From Acutalibacteraceae bacterium (GTDB lineage: Bacteria; Bacillota; Clostridia; Oscillospirales; Acutalibacteraceae): a stretch of 29,750 nt of DNA. The stretch covers positions 1 through 29,750 of the forward strand of contig JAZUJG010000094.1 of assembly GCA_045642645.1 (NCBI GenBank), written 5' to 3'. Both the position numbers and the translations under genes were made by a program. The notes beneath the pieces were generated by a model that was not told the origin of the DNA, did no database searches, and saw nothing but the letters and a program-made list of their open reading frames with translations. Positions 1 to 8,187 of the stretch are shown here, piece after piece (position 1 is the first letter of the stretch; each line of letters starts with the position of its first letter).

Positions 1-70
1 AAGACGGCGAAATATATGTTTCGTTTTGTTAAATTGATATATTGTAAATTTTGAAAAAAGTTGTAAAATT

Positions 71-99
71 TTATCATCAAGTATAAATATGCATATAAT
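71..99 (+). promoter_or_regulatory. putative sigmaA promoter of gdhA
   Basis: TTATCA (71-76), 17-nt spacer, TATAAT (94-99); GGAGA RBS at 132-136 before the ATG at 145. Confidence 0.5.
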
Positions 100-144
100 A
101 ACAATGCGGCATTTTTACTAATACTCAGAAACGGAGAAAACAAT

Positions 145-1491
145 ATGAACCCATATATTGAAAAAACAATCGAAAAAGTTAGAGCGAATAACGCTAATGA
201 GCCTGAATTTATTCAAACGGTCGAAGAGGTCTTGAGATCTGTCGAACCGGTTGTCAATCAGCATCCCGAATATGAAAAATATGACATTCTCGGCAGAATG
301 ACCGAACCTGACAGATGCATAACTTTCCGTGTGACTTGGGTAGATGATGCAGGCAATGTACAGGTCAACAGGGGATACCGTTTTCAATTCAACAATGCTA
401 TTGGCACATATAAAGGTGGTTTGAGGTTTCACCCGTCCGTTTACAGCGGCATTATGAAATTCCTCGGATTTGAGCAGACTTTCAAAAACTCGCTTACAGG
501 TCTTCCCATAGGCGGCGCAAAAGGCGGCTCCGACTTTGACCCAATCGGTAAGAGCGACGCAGAGGTTATGCGCTTCTGCCAGGCATTTATGACAGAACTC
601 TATAAATTTGTCGGACCCAGCCTCGATGTTCCCGCGGGCGATATCGGTGTCGGCGGCAGAGAAATCGGCTACCTTTTCGGTCAATACAAGCGCATTAAGA
701 GCTCGTTTGAAAACGGTGTACTTACAGGTAAAGGAATTCAATACGGCGGCTCACTTATCAGACCCGAAGCAACGGGTTACGGCGCTGTGTATTATCTTAA
801 CGAAGTTCTCAACCATTTCGGAGACAGTATTGAAGGCAAAATTGTTTCAATATCCGGTTATGGTAATGTTGCCTGGGGCGTTGCCAAAAAACTTGCTCAA
901 CTCGGAGCAAAGGTTGTAACTCTTTCCGGTCCCGAAGGATATATTTATGATCCCAACGGTGTTTCTACCGACGAAAAAATCAATTATATGCTTGAGCTCA
1001 GAGCAAACGACGATTTAACTCTTGCCGATTATGCCGAAAAATTCGGTGTTGAGTTCTTCCCCGGCGAAAAACCCTGGAACACCAAGGCTGACATTATTAT
1101 GCCTTGTGCCACTCAGAATGAAGTGACAATGAAAGAAGCTGAGTGGATAGTTAATAACGGTGTTGAATATTACATCGAGGTTTCCAATATGCCTACCACC
1201 AACGATGCTCTTTCTTACCTGAAAGAAAACTGCAAAGCGGTCGCTCCCTCCAAGGCAGTTAACGCCGGCGGTGTTGCTGTATCTGCACTTGAAATGAGCC
1301 AGAATGCAATGAGATACAGTTGGTCGGCTGAAGAAGTTGACAGTAAGCTTCACACTATAATGAAGAATATTCACGATAATTCGGTTGCAGCAGCCAATGA
1401 GTTTAACCTCGGCTACGATCTTGTTGCGGGTGCAAATATCTGCGGCTTTAAAAAAGTTGCCGATGCAATGGTTGCACAGGGAATTATATAA
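145..1491 (+). CDS. gdhA: NADP-specific glutamate dehydrogenase
   Basis: 448 aa; YKGGLRFHPSV, GGAKGGSDFDP, DVPAGDIGVGGREIG, RPEATGYG, SGYGNVA nucleotide-binding motif, KAVNAGGVAVS. Confidence 0.97.
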   Translation: MNPYIEKTIEKVRANNANEPEFIQTVEEVLRSVEPVVNQHPEYEKYDILGRMTEPDRCITFRVTWVDDAGNVQVNRGYRFQFNNAIGTYKGGLRFHPSVYSGIMKFLGFEQTFKNSLTGLPIGGAKGGSDFDPIGKSDAEVMRFCQAFMTELYKFVGPSLDVPAGDIGVGGREIGYLFGQYKRIKSSFENGVLTGKGIQYGGSLIRPEATGYGAVYYLNEVLNHFGDSIEGKIVSISGYGNVAWGVAKKLAQLGAKVVTLSGPEGYIYDPNGVSTDEKINYMLELRANDDLTLADYAEKFGVEFFPGEKPWNTKADIIMPCATQNEVTMKEAEWIVNNGVEYYIEVSNMPTTNDALSYLKENCKAVAPSKAVNAGGVAVSALEMSQNAMRYSWSAEEVDSKLHTIMKNIHDNSVAAANEFNLGYDLVAGANICGFKKVADAMVAQGII

Positions 1492-1508
1492 TAAATTTAT
1501 AATATTTT

Positions 1509-1549
1509 AAACAGAGGCGTAAACAAATTGTTTTACACCTCTGTTTTTT
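1509..1549 (+). terminator. intrinsic terminator after gdhA
   Basis: AAACAGAGG-c-GTAAA...TTTAC-a-CCTCTGTTT stem ending in a T run. Confidence 0.85.
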
Positions 1550-1596
1550 AATTAGTTAAGAAATTATGTCAAATATATTACATATTGTGCATTTCA

Positions 1597-1625
1597 TTGA
1601 CTTTTTTTGTAAATAATGGTATTAT
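1597..1625 (+). promoter_or_regulatory. sigmaA promoter (extended -10) of the HD-GYP gene
   Basis: TTGACT (1597-1602), 17 nt, TATTAT (1620-1625) preceded by TGn; GGAGG RBS at 1661-1665. Confidence 0.75.
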
Positions 1626-1672
1626 AAATTGATTTAAGATGTAGTAATCTGTTCACAATCGGAGGCAATTAT

Positions 1673-4600
1673 ATGCGAAATACAACGGCTGTATTTTTCA
1701 CAAACGAAGCTGATAAGCACACTGAACTCATAAATATGTTGAAAACCGCTTGTGATGTTGATATTTGCTCCTATTCGTCGGAAAGCTGGAATGATGTCGA
1801 CTTTTACGCAAACAGTAATGTTGCCTTCATTCTTGATGAAATTCCAAATGACAATGTTGTATCCAAAGATGCTATTTGGATTCTCTCTAAACTTACCGAG
1901 GATGGTTTATTTTCGGAAATACCGGTTCTCTTTACAACATTCGAAGCTATGTACAGCTTTGAAAGCAGGGGATTCTCATCGTTTGCTTCAGATATTTTTC
2001 CCGTTCCGCTGGACTTTGAGACGGCGCGCCGCCGTTTTGATAATATTTGTGAAATCCGACAGTTGAAGCGTCAGCTTTTAAATATGTCTCAAATTCACAC
2101 AAAACGCATACTAAACCAGGCAAGCAAGCTCAAAGAGCAAAACAACAAAATGAAAAATATAAACTATGAGCTTGTTGAATTACTTGTTGCTGCGATTGAG
2201 AGCCGCGATCTTGAGAGCGGGCAGCATATCAAAAGAATCAGATATTTCACAAGAGCATTACTTGATCAAGTTATTGAGAACTGTCCCGAATACAATATAT
2301 CCAAGGAACAAGCTGAGTATATTTACTATGCATCTTCAGTGCATGATGTGGGGAAAATTGCAATTCCCGATGCGATTATGCTGAAGCCTGCGCGTCTTAC
2401 AAAGGAAGAATTTGAAGTAATGAAGACACACACCACCAGAGGTGCCGATTTACTTTCTATGCTTGATGATATAAGCGACAGTAACCCGTATTTCAAATAC
2501 TGCCAGGAAATTTGCCTTAATCACCATGAAAGATGGGACGGAAAGGGGTATCCTCGCGGTCTCAAAGGCGATGAAACACCGATTTCGGCACAAATTGTGG
2601 CAGTATGTGATTGTTATGATGCTTTAACGAGTCACCGCCCTTATAAAAATGCCCTTTCTCACGAAGAAGCGGTCGAGCTTATCACGGGTGGCGCTTGCGG
2701 CGCATTTTCACAAAAGCTTATGAATTGTTTTGAAGCGGCTTTACCCGAATTTGCAAGAATCGAAAGTGAATTCAAAAGTGTTGCATCCGCTGAGCAAAAA
2801 AATGTGCCGCAGGAAATTGCTTCGTCTGCCGATTCGCACAATGAAGTCGAAAAAACTGATTTCTCATGTGGTGAACGCGTTGTATTAAACGCATTTGATA
2901 TAATCTTTAATGCCGACATTGACAACGACAATTTTGAGATTCTCAAAGGAGATTGGAAAAGTTATTTTCCGTATATTCCCAAGAACTTTACCGAAGCCGT
3001 TTCTCAAATAGTTAAGGTTTGTCACCCTGCCGATTGTGCAAGATTTGATAATAATTTTAATATTCCGTATTTCAATAAAATCGTTGGAAAAGGCAAAACA
3101 AAGGCACGTATAGAATTCCGAACAGCTAAAGACGGTAATGAAAAACTTGTTATCGGTTTTGTTGTGTTTACATTGAATGACAGTCATGAAGTATCTTCGG
3201 TGTACGGTGCTTTCAATATTTATTCGGAAGATGAAATTAAGTTCGATATTACCCAGGGCTTCGGCGTATCCGATGCCTTGACGGGTTTATTAACTCAGAA
3301 CGCGTTCAACGAAGCTGTTGACGAATTTATAAAGCTCAATCCGGCATCGAAAAATGTAATGATTTACATAGATGTTGACAATATGAGTCTTATAAACAGT
3401 TCACTCGGTTATGAGTACGGCAACAACCTTATTAAAGAATTTGCCAATAAACTCCGCTCACTAAATCAAAAAAATATTATAGTTTGCAAAGGTCCGTCGG
3501 ATAAGTTCTATTTATTCGTTGAAAACATTTCACACCAAAGTCAGCTTGTTCTTTTCATAGAAAAATTACATCAGGATCTCAGAAAACCGTTCAAGACTCC
3601 GTATGAAAGCGGAATTTTCACGGCAACAATGGGCATTTCGCGTTATTCGGTTGACGGAAAAGATTGCAAGCACCTCCTTATGACTGCCGAATATGCCGCT
3701 ACATCTGCGAAACTTAACGGAAACGGCGCTTATGCATTTTATAATGCAGGTATGAAAAATGCACTTGCACTCTCCGAAAAGAGCGAGCGAACTGCTGAAA
3801 ATTCGGCAATTGAACCGAGATTTGTCCCTGTAACTGATTCGGTGAGCAAAGAAATTGTTTACTATGACTTTGTTCCGTTTACGGTTTACGATAATGCCGT
3901 TAATGTTAACCCTGAGGTTTTTTACGACCTCAACAAAAATGATAAAAGTAATAAAAACAAGAGTTTTCTTGCATTTAAAACAATCGCATACATGCTTTTG
4001 GGGATGAAAACGGCAGGTAAACAAGTTCCGCCGGTGGCAATCTATACCTTGTTTGCACCCGAAGATATATCGGGACTTACACAGGAACTCAAGAATTTTG
4101 TTCGCGATAACGACTGCACGGGTCTTGACATCTGCATAATGCTTCCTCAGGATTTTGTTGACGGTGTTTCGGTGCGAAGATTGACAACATTTTCAAAATT
4201 TATCAATCAATGCGGATTCAGCCTCGGATTATATCTTGTCGGTGCAAGGTACATTCACAACACATGTTATGTTGAAAACATTTTCAAGCGCTATGTTGTG
4301 ACTCCGGAGATATTCAGCCATTCTATTTCTTACGGAACCGACATTTATTATGATATTGAAACAATTAATCACTTGCGCAGTGCTGTTTCCGATGTAACAA
4401 TACCGGGTGAAAACATTGGGTTAAGCTGTGATAAATTACATAAACTCGGCTGTAAGTCATTTTCAATCACCGGTGAAGTGCTTGTTGGTTCAGAAGCTTT
4501 GTTGGATGACTTTGATAAACGCTCAAATGCAGTAAACAAGTCCGTTTCATATTCCAATTCATCGGTTAGTGAAATTGACCCGATGATGTTCTATCTCGAT

Positions 4601-4942
4601 TTCCTTCGCAGTGAGAGTGTTTACGGTATTTACAATATTAACACCGACAGCATTGCTTTATCTTCAAATGTTAATAAAGTATTCGGTTTTGATATATTTA
4701 ATCACATCTCCAACGGAGCTACGGTGAAATTCCAGAACTTGATTCATCCGGATGATATCGAATTTGTACTTGCCGAACTTGCCAAACTGAAGATTTCGCT
4801 TTCGGTCACTCGTTTTGAAATCAGACTTATTGCCGATTCGCATGCATATTCTTACCGGAATTATGAAGCAACTGTATTTTGTGTGGTCGATGACAAGGGT
4901 GTACCTGTCAGATTCCATATGATATTTATGCCAAAATCATAA
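1673..4942 (+). CDS. multidomain cyclic-di-nucleotide signalling protein: degenerate receiver + HD-GYP phosphodiesterase + PAS-like + degenerate GGDEF + degenerate EAL + C-terminal PAS
   Basis: 1089 aa; ESRDLESGQH, SVHDVGK, HHERWDGKGYP, DCYDALTSHRPYK (HD-GYP); DALTGLL...IDVDN...GPSDKF...ATMGIS (GGDEF-like); EPRFVPVTD...YYDFVPF (EAL-like); LIHPDDIEFV (PAS_3-like). Confidence 0.85.
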   Translation: MRNTTAVFFTNEADKHTELINMLKTACDVDICSYSSESWNDVDFYANSNVAFILDEIPNDNVVSKDAIWILSKLTEDGLFSEIPVLFTTFEAMYSFESRGFSSFASDIFPVPLDFETARRRFDNICEIRQLKRQLLNMSQIHTKRILNQASKLKEQNNKMKNINYELVELLVAAIESRDLESGQHIKRIRYFTRALLDQVIENCPEYNISKEQAEYIYYASSVHDVGKIAIPDAIMLKPARLTKEEFEVMKTHTTRGADLLSMLDDISDSNPYFKYCQEICLNHHERWDGKGYPRGLKGDETPISAQIVAVCDCYDALTSHRPYKNALSHEEAVELITGGACGAFSQKLMNCFEAALPEFARIESEFKSVASAEQKNVPQEIASSADSHNEVEKTDFSCGERVVLNAFDIIFNADIDNDNFEILKGDWKSYFPYIPKNFTEAVSQIVKVCHPADCARFDNNFNIPYFNKIVGKGKTKARIEFRTAKDGNEKLVIGFVVFTLNDSHEVSSVYGAFNIYSEDEIKFDITQGFGVSDALTGLLTQNAFNEAVDEFIKLNPASKNVMIYIDVDNMSLINSSLGYEYGNNLIKEFANKLRSLNQKNIIVCKGPSDKFYLFVENISHQSQLVLFIEKLHQDLRKPFKTPYESGIFTATMGISRYSVDGKDCKHLLMTAEYAATSAKLNGNGAYAFYNAGMKNALALSEKSERTAENSAIEPRFVPVTDSVSKEIVYYDFVPFTVYDNAVNVNPEVFYDLNKNDKSNKNKSFLAFKTIAYMLLGMKTAGKQVPPVAIYTLFAPEDISGLTQELKNFVRDNDCTGLDICIMLPQDFVDGVSVRRLTTFSKFINQCGFSLGLYLVGARYIHNTCYVENIFKRYVVTPEIFSHSISYGTDIYYDIETINHLRSAVSDVTIPGENIGLSCDKLHKLGCKSFSITGEVLVGSEALLDDFDKRSNAVNKSVSYSNSSVSEIDPMMFYLDFLRSESVYGIYNINTDSIALSSNVNKVFGFDIFNHISNGATVKFQNLIHPDDIEFVLAELAKLKISLSVTRFEIRLIADSHAYSYRNYEATVFCVVDDKGVPVRFHMIFMPKS

Positions 4943-5608
4943 TTTTGATTTTAATTCCTCCAATACTCTTTTTTCAATGCGTGAAACATAAGATCTTGAT
5001 ATTTTAAGTTCGTCGGCGATTTCCTTTTGTGTCAACGGTTCTTTGCCGTCGAGTCCGTACCGTCGTATTATTATCAAACGGTCTCGTCTGCCTTTGATTT
5101 CATTCACGAGTTTCACAAGTTTTACAATCTTGGTTTTGGTATCTATATCTGCTATTATATCGTTATCGGTACATATTATTTCCATCAATGTCATAGGGTT
5201 TCCTTCGCTGTCTGTATCAATCGGCTCACTTATCGATATTTCCTGTGAGATTTTTTTACAACTTCTGAAATACATCAGTATTTCATTTTCAATGCAGCGT
5301 GAACAATATGTGGCAAGTTTGGTTCCCTTTTGCGCATCGAAACTGTTGATTCCTTTTATCAGTCCAATTGTTCCTATCGAAATCAAATCATCCTGCTCAC
5401 TGTAATTTGAATAATACTTTTTAATTATGTGGGCAACAAGTCTTAAATTATGTTCAATCAATTTTTCCTTTGCATTTTTATCGCCGTTTTCAAGTAAGAT
5501 GAGCATTTTAGCTTCTTCGTCGGGGCTTAAAGGTGCAGGGAAGGATTCATCATTGGTTACTTGCAAAATCAAGCAAAGCATATTATTTAAAGCGGATATT
5601 ATATCCAT
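4937..5608 (-). CDS. sigK: sporulation RNA polymerase sigma factor SigK (pro-form, uninterrupted)
   Basis: 223 aa; SFPAPLS, LIEHNLRLVAHIIKK, DDLISIGTIGLIK, KGTKLATY, RCIENEILM, TQKEIADELKISRSYVSRIEKR; GAGGTG RBS. Confidence 0.93.
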   Translation of the reverse strand: MDIISALNNMLCLILQVTNDESFPAPLSPDEEAKMLILLENGDKNAKEKLIEHNLRLVAHIIKKYYSNYSEQDDLISIGTIGLIKGINSFDAQKGTKLATYCSRCIENEILMYFRSCKKISQEISISEPIDTDSEGNPMTLMEIICTDNDIIADIDTKTKIVKLVKLVNEIKGRRDRLIIIRRYGLDGKEPLTQKEIADELKISRSYVSRIEKRVLEELKSKL

Positions 5609-5624
5609 ACTATCACCTCGTTTA

Positions 5625-5652
5625 AATCTATGCTTTTATCTATAAAAATTGC
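5625..5652 (-). promoter_or_regulatory. possible mother-cell (sigmaE/sigmaK-type) promoter of sigK
   Basis: minus strand CATAGATT (5632-5625) fits the CATAnnnT -10; the -35 is imperfect (GCAATTT, 13-nt spacer). Confidence 0.3.
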
Positions 5653-5676
5653 AAGTCCGTAAAAAAGAGTGAGCGA

Positions 5677-7029
5677 ATGAAAAAATTTGAACAATTCAGT
5701 TCCACAATACGAGTTTCCGCATTGTTGATTTTCGGCATTGCCGCAACCATTATTTACTATTTTATTTGGAATGCTTTTTACAACTTAAAAGTTTTTGAAC
5801 ATCCGTATATCGGTACGGGTAAATTATTCATTATTGCCGTTTATTTTATAATTCTGATTGTTTGCGGAGTATTTTTAGGTGCTTCAAGAATAGATAAACT
5901 GCGTAAGGGTGAAATTATTTTCAATTGCGTTGTTGCGCTCATTTTTACTGATTGCATCGCTTATTCTCAGGTTTGCCTCATAGCATCAAAATTCGTCAAC
6001 ATAATTGGTATGGTTTATATACTCATCTGTCAAGCGGCATTTTTACTTTTGTGGGTATATGCTTCATTTTCAATCGTTCACAGTCTAAATCCGCCGGAAA
6101 AAATGCTTATTATATTCGGTAGTCATCAAGCAACTGAACTTGTTTATAAAATGAGTAAAATCGAAGAACGATTTGTAATAAGTGAATCAGTAAGTGTTGA
6201 TGAGGGCTATGATGAAATAATAAAAAAAGTTGACAAATTTGACAGTATCATTATCTGTGATGTTCCCGCAAGATTGCGCAACGATATTTTAAAATACTGC
6301 TACGACAACAACAAAAACATTTATGTAGTTCCCAAAATTTCGGATATTCTTTTGCGCAGTGCCTCAGATGTCACATATTTTGATTCGCCTTTGATAAATT
6401 GTAAATCTAACGCACTAACCATTGAACAAAGATTCTTTAAAAGACTTTTTGATATTTTATTTTCGCTTTTTGCGCTTATTATTTTTTCACCGATATTTGC
6501 GGTGGTTGCATTATGCATTAAATGTTATGACCGCGGACCCGTTTTCTATAAACAAAAAAGATGCACATTGAATTTAAAGGAATTTGATATTTTAAAATTC
6601 AGAAGTATGGTTATTGATGCGGAAAAAGACGGTCCTCAACCGGCGGTAAAAAATGATAAGAGAATAACGCCTATCGGTAAGTTCATACGCGATACACGCA
6701 TAGACGAATTACCTCAGCTTATCAACATCCTCAGGGGAGATATGTCCGTTGTCGGTCCGCGCCCCGAAAGAATTGAGCATGTAAGCAAATATTGTGCGCA
6801 AATACCGGAATTTGTATTCAGATATAAAGTTAAAGGCGGTCTTACCGGTTATGCGCAGGTTTTCGGTAAATACAACACCAAACCATACGATAAATTAAAA
6901 ATGGACCTCATATATATCCAGAATTATTCGGTTGCTTTAGATGTAAAACTGATAATTATGACTGTAAGAATATTGTTCAGTAAGGAAAGCACGGAAGGCT
7001 TTAAAGAAAAGACGAAAGGTAAAAATTGA
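5677..7029 (+). CDS. polyprenyl glycosylphosphotransferase (priming sugar transferase, WcaJ/CpsE family)
   Basis: 450 aa; N-terminal TM helices; KRLFDI, GPVFYKQ, KFRSM, RITPIGKFIRDTRIDELPQLINILRGDMSVVGPRPER. Confidence 0.92.
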   Translation: MKKFEQFSSTIRVSALLIFGIAATIIYYFIWNAFYNLKVFEHPYIGTGKLFIIAVYFIILIVCGVFLGASRIDKLRKGEIIFNCVVALIFTDCIAYSQVCLIASKFVNIIGMVYILICQAAFLLLWVYASFSIVHSLNPPEKMLIIFGSHQATELVYKMSKIEERFVISESVSVDEGYDEIIKKVDKFDSIIICDVPARLRNDILKYCYDNNKNIYVVPKISDILLRSASDVTYFDSPLINCKSNALTIEQRFFKRLFDILFSLFALIIFSPIFAVVALCIKCYDRGPVFYKQKRCTLNLKEFDILKFRSMVIDAEKDGPQPAVKNDKRITPIGKFIRDTRIDELPQLINILRGDMSVVGPRPERIEHVSKYCAQIPEFVFRYKVKGGLTGYAQVFGKYNTKPYDKLKMDLIYIQNYSVALDVKLIIMTVRILFSKESTEGFKEKTKGKN

Positions 7030-7030
7030 C

Positions 7031-7741
7031 GTGGATCTGTTTTATATGATACTTGCCGGCGGAGTCGGCGCACGAATGCATTCACCGGAATTACCGAAGC
7101 AGTACATCAAAGTCGGCGGCGAACCGATAATTATCAGAACTGTTCGCAATTTTGAAGATTTCGGTCTGTTTCAAGCCGGGGTTATTTGCTGTCCGGTAGA
7201 CTGGATTGAATACACCAAAGCTCTGCTTGGCGAATATGGATTAAATTCCGAAAATGTTTATGTTATTTCCGGCGGAAAAAACAGGAGTTCGTCTGTAAAA
7301 AACGGCTGCAGATTTTTAACAGAAAAGTTCAATGTTACCGATGATGATATTGTCCTTACACACGATGCTGTTCGTCCGTTTTTCGATACTCGCATAATTA
7401 AAGAAAATATTGAAGCCTGCGAAAAATACGGAGCAGCCAATACCGTTATGCCTGTATATGATTCGGTAATCAGAACGGTAACCGGGGACTTCCTTACCGA
7501 ACATTTACCGCGTAAGGAGTTATACAGAGTACAGACTCCGCAGACTTTTACTGTCACAAATCTCAGTTTTGTTATGAATTCTCTTACCGACAAAGAACTC
7601 GAAAGCTACACAGATGTTGCGTCCGTCTATTTCGATCGCGGTTTTCGTGTTAAACTTGTCGAAGGTTCCGATTCAAATATTAAAATCACCACGCCTTTTG
7701 ACCTTGCCGTAGCAGAAACGATAGTTAAAAATATGCCCTAA
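7031..7741 (+). CDS. tarI: IspD/TarI family cytidylyltransferase, TarI-like (ribitol-5-phosphate cytidylyltransferase)
   Basis: 236 aa, GTG start; ILAGGVGARM..LPKQY, GGKNR, DDDIVLTHDAVRPF..RIIKENI, QTPQTF, NIKITTPFDL. The family is certain; TarI versus IspD is a judgement from recalled sequence features. Confidence 0.78.
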   Translation: MDLFYMILAGGVGARMHSPELPKQYIKVGGEPIIIRTVRNFEDFGLFQAGVICCPVDWIEYTKALLGEYGLNSENVYVISGGKNRSSSVKNGCRFLTEKFNVTDDDIVLTHDAVRPFFDTRIIKENIEACEKYGAANTVMPVYDSVIRTVTGDFLTEHLPRKELYRVQTPQTFTVTNLSFVMNSLTDKELESYTDVASVYFDRGFRVKLVEGSDSNIKITTPFDLAVAETIVKNMP

Positions 7742-8049
7742 CTCGTATAATCTGTTAACATTTCGCTCAATTCATCGAGTCCGTCAATCTCAATACCTCT
7801 TTCGATTTTTTCGGCATCTTCCGGTGGCAGTGTGCGTGTGTATATTTCAAAAATTTCATTAGGAGTTTCGCTGCCTTGATAAAAAACAGCTATTCTGCCG
7901 TTGTAATCTTTGAGAATATATTTTTGAATTGTTTTTTCAGATGTTGTTGTAATAAGTGTATCAATATTTTTATTGCCGTGCAACACTCCGCTTAACACCA
8001 GTGCCGATGCAGCAACCGCCAATGCTGCAAAAATTACATTATTTTTCAT
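7738..8049 (-). CDS. membrane-anchored/secreted BofC C-terminal domain protein
   Basis: 103 aa; hydrophobic N-terminus, then YILKDYNGRIAVF...TLPPEDAEKIERGIEI..LDELSEMLTDYTS, typical of BofC_C. Confidence 0.75.
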   Translation of the reverse strand: MKNNVIFAALAVAASALVLSGVLHGNKNIDTLITTTSEKTIQKYILKDYNGRIAVFYQGSETPNEIFEIYTRTLPPEDAEKIERGIEIDGLDELSEMLTDYTS

Positions 8050-8187
8050 TTTTACACTTCCCGTTATTAAGGTTTTTCAATTTTCACCGTTTTATTCAGG
8101 TTGTTAATTTTTCACACAACAAAATTCGCAGGAATTTTGTGATATATTATTAATGTTCAAACATTAAAATTGGAGGTACTTTCCTTT

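Noticed and set aside
118-741. 207-aa antisense ORF opposite gdhA, and the many other 60-177-aa shadow ORFs in the track
   Set aside because: They lie within well-supported genes, show no recognisable motifs or RBS, and are expected from codon bias.
8050-8110. sigmaF/sigmaG promoter for the bofC-like gene
   Set aside because: A GAATA -35-like motif is present, but no matching -10 lies at the right spacing.
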